From Lophium mytilinum (lineage: Eukaryota), in NCBI GenBank assembly GCA_010093605.1, contig MU004189.1, positions 1 to 64,000 on the forward strand: DNA of 64,000 nucleotides. The letters are read 5' to 3'. The number at the start of each line of letters is the position of its first letter. Within the stretch, counting starts at the first letter, position 1. Below are positions 23,915 to 37,250 of this stretch, in pieces. The translations under genes were made by a program, and so were the position numbers. A model generated the notes under the pieces. It worked only from the letters and a program-made list of their open reading frames with translations. It had not been told where the DNA came from and did no database searches.

Positions 23915-24730
23915 ATGGGTCCTTTCAATCTGTTTCCACGTTTTGCCCGCTGTTCATCTTCAATCACTAAAAACACCTTTACCCCGTTTTCTCAATTGCA
24001 TCTGTCTAAAAGCGCGACTACTCGCCCACTCGTCCACCGCCAGGTTTACCCGCCGTGGTCCCAGTCTCGCACAATGATGCGGTCGCCACAGAGTGCCATA
24101 CGTGACGACCTCGCCCAGCTGCCCGAGATCAAGAAGTGGGGATGGGTCATCTACCGCTGCACCTACGGCGACAACGCCACGTGGGCCAAGTTCCGCGATC
24201 GCGTCGAAGCCCACTCGCGCAAGCGTATTGCGCAGTCAGATGCGCCTAACATTGCGGAGCGCCTGGAGTGGACGTGGGTTGAAGATTCGTCCGCGCTGGA
24301 CGGAGCCTCGACTGCGGCACTGCGGGAGCGGTTCCGCGCATGGGTTGCAGACGAAGTCGCGCGACAGCCTGGAAACTACCAGCCGACCGTCATCCCACGT
24401 TTCAGGTACTTCATCAAGATTGACCAGGAGGTGCTGGGTAGCTTGGCGGAGTCTAATTTTCGCGAAACGCACTGGTCCGACGACGCTTTTGTCAAGTTTG
24501 TGGATGGCAATTGGGAGCCGTTGGCCGAGAGCCAGCAAGATGGAGAGCAAGAGGATGACGGGTGGGAGAAAGAGGTTTTGGAGCCGATTGAGGGCTGCAC
24601 GGAAGAAGATGTCGGATGGATGCGCATCGCGCCTCACATGATCAATGCGGACTTCTACGACGTGTTGAGCGGTGATGAAAACCAGTGGATCACGTTCTAC
24701 GAACGCCCGCCCAGTATCGTTATACTCTAG
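23915..24730 (+). CDS. Conserved fungal hypothetical protein (WGWVIYRCTY motif family); likely ATG 23,915, alternatively ~24,074
   Basis: Intact GC-rich single-exon ORF; WG(F/W)VIYRxTY..W motif is typical of an uncharacterised ascomycete family; basic/hydroxylated N-terminus. Confidence 0.75.
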   Translation: MGPFNLFPRFARCSSSITKNTFTPFSQLHLSKSATTRPLVHRQVYPPWSQSRTMMRSPQSAIRDDLAQLPEIKKWGWVIYRCTYGDNATWAKFRDRVEAHSRKRIAQSDAPNIAERLEWTWVEDSSALDGASTAALRERFRAWVADEVARQPGNYQPTVIPRFRYFIKIDQEVLGSLAESNFRETHWSDDAFVKFVDGNWEPLAESQQDGEQEDDGWEKEVLEPIEGCTEEDVGWMRIAPHMINADFYDVLSGDENQWITFYERPPSIVIL

Positions 24731-24744
24731 CTTCTTATAGCACA

Positions 24745-24956
24745 TCTTATAATATAATTCTACTTCTTATTCTATATACCTCTGTACCTTATTACCTGTA
24801 ATAGAGAGAGGAGGGCGCGGAGCGCTAGCTAAGAAGTAGGTAAGGCTGACGCTAAGCCTAGTTATGTAATAGTGATTATTACGTGCTAGAGGGCACGTAA
24901 CGCCGTTGCGTGTATTAGAAACGTATCGCGATAGAAGTCGCGTTACGGCTATAATA
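24745..24956. repeat. Short RIP-affected repeat remnant, possibly a solo LTR
   Basis: TpA-rich island between two convergent genes, ending GGCTATAATA (would be TGTTACAGCC on the minus strand before RIP). Confidence 0.35.
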
Positions 24957-24987
24957 ATCTCTATTTATAGACCTTATACAATACTCC

Positions 24988-27687
24988 TCAAAGACCTTGC
25001 CACGTAGATCCTTCAACTATCTTAAAAACAGCTTCGTCCACGATTTCTGTAGACGAGAAACCAACCAGGACCTTGTACTTACCCGGGAAGAATTTCCAGC
25101 GAGCATTTGTACCGTCGTAGAAGCTGACGGCATATTTATCGAGCTCCACCACAACATCCCCGGACGTGCCGGACGCGAGCAGAGGCTTCCGAAAGGCCTT
25201 GAGCTCCTTCTTTGGGCGATCAATCCCATACACCGGTGGCTCCACGTAAAATTGAATGACCACCTTACCAGCTTTCTCTCCAGTGTTCGAAACTGAAGTC
25301 GCTACCTGAATTTTCCCGTCTGGGCCTGAGAATTGCCCAACAATATGCGTCCCGGACAGCTTGAAAGTTGAGTACGAGAGCCCGAATCCAAACGGGAACA
25401 GTGGTGGAATACCGGTACGGTCGTAGTGACGATATCCTACAAAGGTCCCCTCCTCGTATCGAATCACATCGTTGTCGTCACCAGGCCAATTGCCATATGT
25501 TGCATGATCTTTGAGGTCCTTTGGCCAGGTCATAGGCAGCCGGCCACATGGATTCACTCTGCCTGTCAGTACTTTGGCGACAGCATTCCCGCACTCTTGT
25601 CCTGGAAACCAGCACTGCACGATCCCCGCGACCTTGTCAATGAACTGATGCATCGATACCGGCGAGCCTGAGTAATTGACAACGACAGTGTTCGGATTAC
25701 TCGCCGCAACAGCATCGATGAGGGAGTATTGATCCCCCGTTAGATCCATTGTCTCACGGTCATAGCCTTCGGATTCGATCTCGTTCGTTGTCCCGGTGAA
25801 TACCAATGCAACATCTGCCTTGGAGGCTGCCACAGCAGCACTTTTGATCTGTGTAGGAACATCGACACTTTCAAAGAACCGGACGCCCGAGCCTTGAATG
25901 ACGGCTCCGCCTATGGTACGTGCTAAGGCTTCCGGCTCGGTAGCCCAGGACTCTAGGCGGAACGTATATCTCTTTCCCGCTTCCATGGAGAAATTGAATG
26001 TTCGTTCGAATTTGGATCTAAAGAAGTAGAACGCTTCCCTCTGCAATTGCTGTTCCTGTGGACGATGGAATGCTTCCTTGTCGTTGATGTACAATGTGGC
26101 AGTACCAGTGGTCAAGACGGATACCAAGTGCTTCCCGGAAGTCTTTGGCGTAAGATCGAAAGTCAATCTGGTGCAGTAGTCTGGGTCGAGGTACATCGGC
26201 CATCTCTCTTTAATCATGTACTCTGTTTTTTCCAACATCTGCACGCGCACCGTGTTCTCGCCAACCCTTGAGCCATTGAACCATTCCAGTTTTACCGGCT
26301 TCTGCGTACTGCCATTGCTAGCTGGATTCCCGGTGATTGCCAGCGTTTCTGGCTCTGGAAGAGGAACCGCCGCAAAGACTGGAACACCCCGTTCATAGTG
26401 GAACTGGACTCCAGCATCTTGCAGACCCGTTACAGGTGCTACCAATCTAGCACAGTCTACCTTCGCGCTTCCGCCGCCCCCAACTGTCGGGACCATCGCA
26501 TGCTGACCGATTACAACAATATTGGAAGCAGGGCGAAGGGGGAGGACATTGTAAGCATTCTTGAGCAAAACTGCTGATTCTGCAGCGGACTGCGCAATGA
26601 ACTCATCGCGGCCTGAATCCTCAAGATAGACTTCGTCTTTGTCCTCTGAATCCTCGAATCTGCCGCTTTTTCTGACCAGTTCGAGGACTCTTGTAGCACT
26701 GGCGTCAATTGTCGTCTCGGAAACTTGACCCTCTTGGACGGCACAAACCAGCTTGTCTCCACGTAACTTCGTTGGGCCGGGCATTTCAAGGTCCAGCCCA
26801 GCGTCGATCGCTTTGTGTGTTGAGTAAGTTCCTACCCAGTCCGACATAAGAAGGCCGTTGAAGCCCCATTCTTTCCTTAGGATATCGTCTAGTAGGCGTG
26901 GATCATTTGCGCAGTATGTGCCATTTACTCGATTGTAACTGCATGATCAACATCATCGGTAGCTGGAGAACAGTGGAGATGGACACCCTTACCTAGTCAT
27001 GAGGCACCACGGATCCGATAGCTTGAGGATGATCTGGAAGGGCAAGAGATAAACCTCTCTCAGTGTCCGTTCGTCTATCTCAGCCGTCAGGAAGCGTCGT
27101 CGTTTCTCAATATCATTTGCAACAAAATGCTTCGGGGTTGCGCCCACTCCGACTGATTGACAACCATTAATGTACGCCGCTCCCATCACTCCTAGCAGGT
27201 GAGGGTCTTCAGAGAATGTCTCATGGTTCCGACCGCCTATAGTTAACAGTCTTAGTCAGTGGAATAGTTCCATAACAAAAAGGGGAGAAATAAATTACAG
27301 ACTCACCTAACGGGGAGCGGATTAAATTGACAGTTGGCGCAAGTAGGATGTTCGCAGACTTCGAAATCGCTTCTAGCGCGATCTCCTTTCCTGTACGATA
27401 CGCTGTCTCCAGATCGAAAGAGGCTCCAACGCAGGTGGAGCATGGAAAGCATGCCGACTTTACGCCACTAACGTAGCTTTCACCTCGAGCACCGTTAGGC
27501 CCATCTGTGGTCTGTTGGGCGTGAGCAAAGACTAGATCGAAATAAGACTGATAGAACAAACTTTGACGTGAGGGATCAGGATTTTTCCGTTCTTCTTGAT
27601 TACTGGTGTACGCCACCAGTCGGCCGCAGAGGTTAGGGAAACTTTCTCTTCCAGGGACAGCTGGGAGATAATCGGATCGGAAGGCAT
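24988..27687 (-). CDS. Glycoside hydrolase family 3 beta-glucosidase, intracellular type with PA14-like insert and Fn3-like C-terminus; 4 exons
   Basis: Spliced: MPSDPIISQLSLEEKVSL...IPHVK|TTDGPNGARG...RSPLG|GRNHETFSEDP...KHFVAND...MTS|YNRVNG...MSDW (nucleophile), ESEGYDR, PFGFGLSY; introns 27,512-27,561, 27,237-27,306, 26,939-26,992; no signal peptide. Confidence 0.95.
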
Positions 27688-28286
27688 ATCGGTTTTGTTT
27701 GCCCGGTAGCCTTACCATCGCAAATGTAACGTAGAACGTCGCCTTTTATATTATTGGATTTACCTTTACTCTGCCATTCGGGCAGCACGCTATCACGTCG
27801 GCCGCCATAACCTAATGCTCCAAATTCGTCAGAAAGCTACAGCCACGTTTACGCCCGACATTCCCCGCATCTGTTCTGGAGCAATCAGGCCAATATTTTC
27901 CGCCCGGCTTCTGGAGCCATAAGCCCCCTTGACCGACACTCCCCGCCCCTTGTCCATGCGGTGATCTCCTGCATCACCCACGTAAGCTTGGAACGCGAGA
28001 ATCTGTCGAGAGCCGAGCAGGCCAAAGAACATGTTACCAGGCTATGACATAATACGACTCTACTGCATCATAACTTACTGGCCAGGCATATGCACATATC
28101 TTGACTTTCGGGAATAGCAGCACTAGAACGAGTAAGTCTTTATGCAGCACAATCACTACACAAACTCACAGTGAGCTGATATGCGGTATCAGTCCAAAGT
28201 GCAGGGTAGAATTTTCTTCCGAAAGACTCTTTGCAATAACTGTAGCACAGCCAGTATCTCCTAAGCTCCTGCAGATGCCTGAGTCA

Positions 28287-30305
28287 TTAGCCAAGGCCCA
28301 CAGATTGACCATCTCTATGGACACAATCATGCACTCCCATTATCACATCGATATACGACTGTAGGGCAGGACGTTCTTTGCTCCATAGTCTTAGATGTTC
28401 AAGCGCCCTTGCGACGCCAATCTGCCAATTCGACGGAAGTAAATCGATCCCTCTCATATTTTGCTCTCTCGCTGAGATGAGAAGCGTGCATGCAAAAGTG
28501 GTTTCACGGCGAAGCTGAAGCCATTTGCCATGATGCCGGTGACTGTGATTTGAATGCATGAGATAACTGAATCCATACGATAAGGCTTTGCGTGCGTTGT
28601 CGATTACGTCTTCCAGGTTGGGTTGTTCGGTGCGAATCCAGACCTCCAGAAAGGGCCTGTACAGTAATTCGGACACAAGGTAGAATCTTGAACGAAGGAA
28701 ATACTGGAGCTCCTTATCAACTGGCTCCCATCCGACAGGGAATGACATACATTGCGGAAGAGACATAATCCACGATTGAAGCTGTGTTTCAAGCTCCCGT
28801 GCACTGGCAAGTTTTTGCATATATTGGGTGCCGAAAGACTGCTCAGGTAAATTCGCCTCAGGATACATGGCGATGATGATCCCGTCCGCGATGCGTCTCA
28901 GTGCAATTTCAGAGAGGTAGTAGTACCAACTGTCTTCTTCAAGGTTTTTCCAGGGGGAGCGAATGGAAGATTCCCCTTGGGAATTCGGTGGAGAAGGATA
29001 GTACTCTAACATGACTAGGTTGGCGATGGATAGGTGGCTGATGGGTATCTCGGCGAGGATTTCCCTAGAGTCCCATGAGTTTATTCATACGATGTCTAGG
29101 GCACCGAGGCTTCCAATACCTTTCAGACTTTAGGCATGTCCAAAACAGTCGCTGTACTAGACTGGAAGAATCGGTGATATTCAGGTTGGAGGAACTTTGA
29201 CGGCCATAAGCGTCGACTAGAGACCATAAACCATTTCAACATACCTTTTGGAGAGCAAAAGTTGTATGGTAGAGCCACCGGCGGTGAACATCCGGAGAGC
29301 CGCTAGTGGATCTAGAATGTACATGGAATAGATACCAGCAAGGCAAAAACATTGCACCGAGAGACTGTCGGGATTTGTTAACGCAAACCCAAGCCTCTTC
29401 TCGGCTGCCGAGAAGTAGGTATGTGCTAGCTGCAGGTCGCCCTGACCATCCTCGTGATAACTTGTCGTGGTCTCATGTTCGAATAGAGATGCATCTAGCT
29501 CCTGGTAATGCCACTCTTGCGATGCTGCACCAAGGGCACAGCAAAGAAACACCAGGCATGTCGAGGTGTTCCACATGGGGCCGTTTTCGTAAATCGCGTG
29601 ACAGTGTAGGTTCACAGTCTGATAGTCGAGAATTGGGTTCTTTGTGTTCACATTTCGGAAGAATCGACGAATAAGAGGATCCACATCCTCACGGTCAGTC
29701 GAGAGTTGGAGTGGTCTTAATTCTGCAGAAGATCTTGTAAGCGTTCCCGGAGATGCCTCAATCACCTCGCCCCAATCACATAGGTATGCATTCTGCCGCT
29801 GGCCGTTCTGGTCTAAGAACGGAGTTTTTCTGATACTAGCAAAGACGGGCCCAAAAACAGGCCAAGCAAGAACAGACTCGGTACGAGCTCGCGACAAACA
29901 TGGAATGGGTCCCAATGAGCTTTTCCGCCCAGTCAAGCTCGGGAAGGTAGCGGTCAGTGAAGAGTTGGAAGTGACAAAAACGTCAGCCTGATTATTAGAA
30001 GAGTGAGCCAATGGCAGAAGAGACCCATCAGTATCGATTCGCAGAAGAGATTCAATGATAGCTAAGCGGTCGAGGATGGCAAGGCTCGCGGGGTCAAAAG
30101 TGGATGAATCAAGGGTCGCGTAGGAGCAGGCACCGCCGATTTGGACGCAGAAACTGCACTTGGGACGCTCGTTCCCACTAAACGAAGCGGTTTGTCAGTG
30201 AAGTTTTCGGCTGCTTGTTGGCGCTTACCACTTCTTTTTCCTTTCCCGACATGTGTGACAGGCCGTCACAGCGCGACGACGCGGATAAACGGATCTCGTG
30301 GTCAT
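28287..30305 (-). CDS. Zn(II)2Cys6 fungal transcription factor with fungal-specific TF domain; multi-exon
   Basis: YPRRRAVTACHTCRERKKK|CGNERPKCSFC...C across intron 30,178-30,228; FFRNVNTKNPILD, QRLFWTCLKSER, SWYYYLSEIALRRI, HRHHGKW. Confidence 0.92.
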
Positions 30306-31922
30306 TGTGATTAGTGAGAATTGCAATCTGCAGTAGAGTGAAGATTGACTGCGCGCCGATGCAAAGACACCACTGCTTGCGGCGAGAGGGGTGTGCGTGC
30401 GTGTGCGATGGCAAAGGTGACGATGAGAAGGGCACCGCATCAGATGATTAGTCCTAGGCGCCGATCGCTGGGAACTTGTCCCGTCTACGGGGCAAGGTGC
30501 GTCTCCAGATTTCTCTACAGCATTGCAAGACACCATGAAACCATGTTGGGATATCAATGCATTCGTAGCCCCACGTATTGCCTTGCGTCTGATACTATTG
30601 AATGCTCTTGCCAAATCGCTCGACGCGGACTGCTTGATCTAAGCTGATAAAAGCCCTCAGCTCGTACCAGCCAGTGCAGGTAGCTCTGGAGTATCAGGAT
30701 GAATCAAGCCAGCACCGAATCTCTGAAAGGAAGTCGAGGTAATGTTCGAATATGTAGGTGTTAGGAAACTCCCTCGACAGCTTCAAAAGAAATTCTCCAA
30801 TATCTTCTAGCAAGTCCTCTCAAGCGTTCTCAGTCGAGTCTTTTCGGAAAATCTTCCCGTGAGTCGTCCAGTATTTATCTCACGGAGTAGTCTACCGCGT
30901 CTTCTTGTGTGTTTGGCAGCTGGTCTTCCAGTCAGGATTCAGGACTTCGGACAGGCTTCCGTCTGCCTATTAGCCGGGGCCGTAGCCGCGATGTGATTGC
31001 AGAAACAAACCCATCACACTATTTTGAAGCGCAAATCCAGATCCCGATGCATTAGACAGCGATCATGGCACCTTACCTGGTTGCGTGCAGTGCTTCTGAG
31101 ATCGTAAAAACGCGGGACGTCAGATCATCGACCTTAGGGATAAGAAAAGCGGCTTATGGATAGAAACGGAGACATTACAGAAGTCATGACATCGTTCGAG
31201 GTCTGCATTCGAGCCCTGAGAAACGTAGAGAATAAGCAACATGCTCTTTGTTCCTTTACTCATGCTTTATTTCCATCATTTCAATTTTAACTTGCTTACT
31301 TGATAATCAATTCCCAATATCTTGACCCACCAATTATTTTTTGCTTCCGAATGAGTAAATACAACTCAACTTCATCCCCACACTTCCACAGAGGTGTGTA
31401 CCCTCCGGGGACAGCATCCTGGGACGAGGTCATGTTGCATCCAATGCCGTCATCATCAGCATTACCAGCATCATGAGAATGTCTAGCGGAGGGAAACGAT
31501 TACTGATCCAGAACCCCTTAGTTACACCCGCAGAATGCTAATTGTGATCAAGGTAGCACAAACGTCCCTATAAGGCCTGTTCCTCGGACATATCCTAGAA
31601 GGACAGGGCGAACGCCTATCACTTAGGACTGGAACCCAAAAACCACTTGTAAAGCACCCACTCGGCACTTTGTCGCGTGATGGTAAGCAACATGTGTGTG
31701 ATAGTAAGTAGCATGTGTGCACTACGTCTGTGTTCGCAGGGAAATAGTAATCAAGACCAAATACTAATCAAGACCATACATAAACACCACAGCGTTCATT
31801 CCCTAATTCCTTCACCTTCCAACTTCCCTTCGCAGCCTTACCTTCCTGACACTCGCCTCTTGATATAAACAGAACCCCCTTCCCTCCCAATAGCCCCTTT
31901 GAATCCCCCACGATTCCTCATC

Positions 31923-32446
31923 ATGCCCCTCTGGCACATCTACCATCCCCCGAGCACCTTCACCACCCCCACCTCCCGCGCCTCCCTCGCAGCCGCCCTA
32001 ACCTCTCTCTACACCTCCATCGACCTCCCCGCTTTCTATGTGAACGTTTTCTTCCACCCCCTCCCCCTCGACTGCATCTACGTAGGCGGCATCGCTGGCC
32101 CCGACCTTACCCGCCCCTTTATCCGCCTCGTGGGCGAACACATTGCGATGAGGATGTCGGAGAAGGACGAGACTTACTTGAGGTTTTGTGGACGGCTGGA
32201 TGAGGTGAGTACTCATGAGAAAAGGGAAGCCTACCCTCAGGGGGATTGAATTAACGGGGAAACCAGGCGCTGAAACCGCATATTGAGGACATGGGGTATG
32301 ATTGGGAGTACCATGTTGATGAGACGGAGAGGAGGCTGTGGCGTATTCAAGGGCTGTATCCGCCACCGTATGGGAGCGAGGACGAAAAGTTGTGGGCGAG
32401 GGAGAACAGGGCAAGTCCCTGGGAGAAGGAGAAGGCCAAGGCGTAG
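31923..32446 (+). CDS. Tautomerase-superfamily protein (cis-CaaD-like / putative oxalocrotonate tautomerase); 2 exons
   Basis: MPLWHIYHP (catalytic Pro after Met), LPAFYVNVFF, intron 32,205-32,266, then ALKPHIEDMGYDWEYHVDETERRLWRIQGLYPP. Confidence 0.9.
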
Positions 32447-33103
32447 AGGGATAGTGGGGGATGGGTATGGTAGGGGCTGGAGAGGAGATGGTACGAGGCG
32501 AGGTCAGGAGGTAAGGGGGAGAAGAAAGCCTGAGGAGCTCAAAGACTTGCTGGTGGGGATATGCTTAGCTAAGTTAGGATGGCTCGCCGTCCCTGACGTT
32601 CATTCACGAGTTTCATATGCAATCTACACATTCGGTGGACTTGAGAGGCTTGAGCTGAGGACTGCCGCTACTGTACAAAAGGTGAAGCATCAACCCGACC
32701 GATGCTTGGCTGCAGGTCATAAGTCTGAAGCCAAACCACTACCATCCATGGACCCCCGCCAAAAAGAAAAGTCCTCCAGCACCATCATCATGAAAGTGGC
32801 AAGTGGAAAGACAAAAGAAACCAAGCCCAGGAACCCCAATCAAAATTGATCATGACCGTGCTCGTGACCCTCCCTTCGATTATCTTCTGCCCATAGAAGC
32901 TAGAGACCAGAATCACGCCCATTAGTTTTGTAAGACGTTGGGTACCGAGTGAGCGGACACACAACAGAAATCCCTGCCCAGACATTGAGAGAGGAAGGAA
33001 GGAGAATACACGACAGAACCTGGATTGTCAGAAAACTCAGAAGGCGAGTACTGTTTTTCCAGACGATGCGGACGGAAACCCATGAAACCCGAGGCTCGTC
33101 AGA

Positions 33104-36100
33104 TCAGTTGCCGCGATTGTAGGGATGGAAGTTGGTTCGACCACCAGCATGCCTCCCACCACCACGATAGTTCGAACCTGGCTTTCCTGCGTTCTTGGGA
33201 CCCGTGGGGGCGTTCGCCGGCGCGTTGCTCGGCTGGATTGGCGGCGCAGAAGAGCCTTGTCGTGATCCTCGGACGTTTGCTGGACTGGCTTGTCGGAACC
33301 CGCCTTGGTTGGCGACACGGGCGGCGGGACCCTGAGGAGGCATAGGCGGCTGGGGCACGTCGTCGTACATACCCTCCCAGCTCGTGGGTCCGCCTTGGCT
33401 GCCAAATCCGCCTCCTTGCTGCATCCGACGGGCTTGCTGAGCTTCGTACTTCTGTTGCTCGAACATAAGCTGTTCTGTCGCGTTGAATCCGGGGCGGGCA
33501 GCGCCAGCAGCGGCAGGGCCCATCTGGTTCATCATGGCCGCGTTACCATTGAAGCCACCGCCGCCTTGTTGTTGCTGCATCTGCATTTGTCGCATCTGTT
33601 CCATCATCGCTGGATTCATTTGGCCCATCCCGCCTTGATTGCCGGGAGACTGAGGATGAGGGCTTCCGGTTGGCGACATTCCCTGTGGAGGACCGCCCAT
33701 TCCGCCCATCATGGCTGACATCATGGCCGGGTTCATCTGAGGAGGTCCGCCCATACCCATGGCTGCCATCGGATTTCCCGGCATGCCTTGGCCTCCCATG
33801 CCGCCAGCCATCATATTTTGCCGCATCATTTGGAAGTAAGACTGCATCCGCTGCCAGTACTGGGCCATCATGGCGGGGGACATACCAGCAGTCATGCCCG
33901 GGGCGCCTCCCTGCTGGGCATTGTTGCCTTGACCGTCGAAATTTCCATTTTGACCCTCGTTGCGGCCTCCGAACTTGGGGTCCGATCCGTTTCGTCTGCC
34001 GCCGAACTTCTTCTCGTCTTCGCCTTCCCGCATGTTGCCACGGGGCTGAGCTCGCTTGACTTCGATAGGCTTGCCAAGGATCTCCAGTGGTCCTTGGAGG
34101 GTTGCATCGACAGCAGCGTCGCCGTCGAAGGTGACAAAGCCGAATCCGCGAGGACGACCCGTGTCCTTATCCATCATAAGTGTGGCATCGATGACGCGAC
34201 CGAACTGCATGAAGAAGTGTTTAAAGTCTTGTTCAGTTGCCTCTTGACTGACGCCTCCAACGAAGATCTTGGATGTGCGTTCCTGCTCTTCGCGAGGGAT
34301 AGCCCGCTTCGGATCGATCTAGTGGGAACGTCAGCATGCGATCCATGAGTCCAAAGGCATAGGAGGGGAGTGTTTACAATCTTGCCGTCCAAGTAGTGCT
34401 CTTTCACCATGACGGTATTGACACACTTGGGTTCCCTGAAGGTCAGGAAGCCGAAACCACGGGATCGACCAGAAGCGCTGTCGCGCATGACGGTACATTC
34501 GCTGACTTCACCAAATTGAGAGAAGTAGCTCTTTAAGGATTCTATGGAAATTTTGATTAGTGTCTACTCGATATCTATGGCGGGAACTAATGTAGAAGTA
34601 GGCCGATCTAGTGTAGAAGTAGGTCGACAATATAATACAGGCTATAGGGTAAGGGCTTGTGGGCGAGCATATTTCTGTTGAGCATGGACGTTGAAAAAGA
34701 AAGGTTGTGGAGAGGGTGCATTTGCAAAGAAAAGGGCACTGTGACATACCCTCTGTGGTCTCCCAGTTCAGTCCGCCAATGAACATCTTGCTACAGAACA
34801 AATGTCAGCAAACTCCAAAAGTCTTCGAATCATATGCATCGCATCAGCAAGTGGAAAGCAAAACGCAGCAGTTGATGGCCATGATGTCCCAGGCAACGGT
34901 GGCAGCAGCAGCAGTTGTCCAAGGTCCAGAATCCGTCCAAGTGGCGCTTCCGTATGGGAACATGTATTGAAGATGCCGTGATGTGATTTTTGTTCACAAT
35001 CCATTACGGTATCCACAGAAACAATCCAAGGGCCTTTGCTCCAACGTGTTTGCTTGCAGAGTGAGTCGTAGGGCTGGTCGATAGCCGTCGTTCGCTTGCT
35101 GTGTGCCTAGCGAGTTTGACACCACCCACTACCTGCAGGACAGCACACAAGCAAGCCATGGCAAATCGGTCCCAACAAGTGTTTCGGGCGACGAAGCTCC
35201 TCCGAGTACGTCGCTTGTCCCAGACTTCTCCATCATCGTAGACACGCCTTGCAAAGGCACAGGGGATCTCGGTTGAAGCGGCTGTGTTTTGCTACGGAGT
35301 CGAAAGCTAGATAAGATGGTCATGGACCAAGCTAACCATCTTCTCGAACGACTACCCTCAGTTTCGCGCAGGTACGCTCTATGAAGAAATTATCGACATG
35401 AAGCTATGCCCCTTAGAGGTGGCAGGATCTGAGTCCTTTCTGTCAGGCGTATATGAACGTGGTGTTGGTATACCAGTGCTGTCGTCCATCAATGCCGTTT
35501 GCACTCTTTTCCAGGTGTCTGGGCTGCAACTAATCCAGGACCACACGCTCATCCGCCAATGCTAGGGCGCTCAGCCAGACCCACAACCATTGATTTGTCC
35601 GAACCTCCAAAAACGTCGAACCCACTCCGCCCAATCTGCCCCATCGCTATTCTCCAGATCTTGAAGAGCCAAGTCGGCGACATTCGCATCATGTGTTGGG
35701 AGTTCTGTTTTCTTCAAGGGCAGCCGAGATTATGTTAGGCAAAGCTGCCAAATAGATCTCATAATGGATATTTGCATCAAGAAGATGCGAGTTTACTCTG
35801 GCCCAAACCAGAGTTCATTGTTTGAATGACTCTGTGACGCTGATATATGGTATTTCAATACGCTCTGTCGAGGAAGATCTCTTTCTGAATTCGCCCAGGG
35901 TTGACATCCAGGAGTATACTGCTGTCACCGCCGTGCCATCGGGCGTCTTACCTCTAGAGCACCAATGCACCAGATTGTTATGCGACATGCCTGCTACTAA
36001 AATGAAAATGAGTATCAAACTTACCCGTCTTCCTTTATGCCGACAGGGCCGTAGTTGTCGTCATTCTCGACCGGGCCTCCATCATAGTGCTGGTTTGCAT

Positions 36101-36435
36101 CCCAGCCGCCCTGCATCCTCTCGTCGTTATCTTCGACCTTCATCAGAGTTCCATTCATGCCGTTCGTGTGCGACATATCCTGCATGGGTTCCTCAACGGG
36201 CTCGAACTCCTCTTCTTTGGGGGCGGTGTATTCTGGGGCCGCACGAGAGGCTTCGGTAGGTTGGGTGGGGACGTCATCTCCTTCGTAGCTGTTGAGCCCA
36301 ATAGTCAGCTTGCTGCCCATTGCAAAACGCGCAAAGAAGACGCGCGTGGTGGTTGCTGGACGTTGTTCGGGATGTTGTGGAGAGCACTTACAGATCGGCG
36401 AAGAGATCATCTTCGAGTTCCTCGGGTTCGGCCAT
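33104..36435 (-). CDS. hrp1: Hrp1/Nab4 (hnRNP A/B, Musashi-like) two-RRM RNA-binding protein; 5 exons
   Basis: MAEPEELEDDLFADL|YEGD...GIKEDG|KMFIGGLNWETT..., SRGFGFL, PRGFGFV RNP1 motifs, Gly/Met/Gln-rich tail ending FHPY (PY-NLS); introns 36,289-36,391, 34,791-36,024, 34,542-34,749, 34,319-34,377. Confidence 0.9.
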
Positions 36436-36761
36436 TTTTGCTGTGATGGTGAGCGTGAAGAGAAAAGGAGAGAAGGTGAGCAAAGACCGCTGGTGGTTAG
36501 CAGTCAGACGGTGTGCGACACGACAAAGAAGAGTCGTCACGCGCCGGCGGCCCCACTGGTAGCAGCAAAGAAACGCTGGCGAGCGAGACTACGGTGGAGT
36601 GGAGTTGAAGCCGGCGACTGCGAAAGTGCCAGCAAGTGAAGAGGGGTGGTGATGTAGCGGAGCTTGTCGGTGTTGTGGAGGATGCTTCTGCTCAGGCCGC
36701 AGATGAGGAGTCGCGGTTGATAAAGTTAGCGTGCGCTCAGGCCTAGTTAGCGTGCTCGGGG

Positions 36762-37175
36762 CTTGGCGCCACGCGGGGCATGAAAAAGGTGGCACTCTAT
36801 TCTACAGGTGTGTGCGACTGCTTGGAGTTCTTCAACGTATTTTCGGAAGTTTAAACGGGATAGAGTATCTTCCTTTTAGGGTCTGTGGAAACTTATCGAG
36901 GCACTTCAAGCAGTGGTAAACAGATGCATCTAAGAAGGCAGCGTGGTAATTAAGTATTAATAGAGAGTGGCAGTCTATAGTATAAATCTATAAGGTATAT
37001 ACGCTCTCTCTCCATTTTCTATATAGGCTTGTTTAGCACTGCTTGAGGCCCTCTAATATGCTGTTGCTATTTACAAAATATCAGCTCTGGCAAGCCTGAT
37101 AGCTCTTTGGGCCACCTCAGAAAGTGTTAAACTGCTGTAGTGTGCCACTTTTTTCATGCCTAGCGTGGGCGCAAG
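36762..37175. repeat. Imperfect inverted-repeat (fold-back/MITE-like) element in the hrp1-gyp1 divergent promoter
   Basis: CTTGGCGCCACGCGGGGCATGAAAAAGGTGGCAC (36,762-36,795) matches the reverse complement of GTGCCACTTTTTTCATGCCTAGCGTGGGCGCAAG (37,142-37,175); inner pair TCAAGCAGTG (~36,906) / CACTGCTTGA (~37,037). Confidence 0.65.
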
Positions 37176-37250
37176 GCCGCCCGCATCATTCGCATCGAGG
37201 CACAGGCATGCAGGTCGAGTGAATAGCTGCATTGCCTCCCACGCCTCGCA

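Noticed and set aside
34791..36024. Intron-encoded box C/D snoRNA in hrp1
   Set aside because: No convincing RTGATGA...CTGA pair with terminal stem found by eye on the transcribed strand
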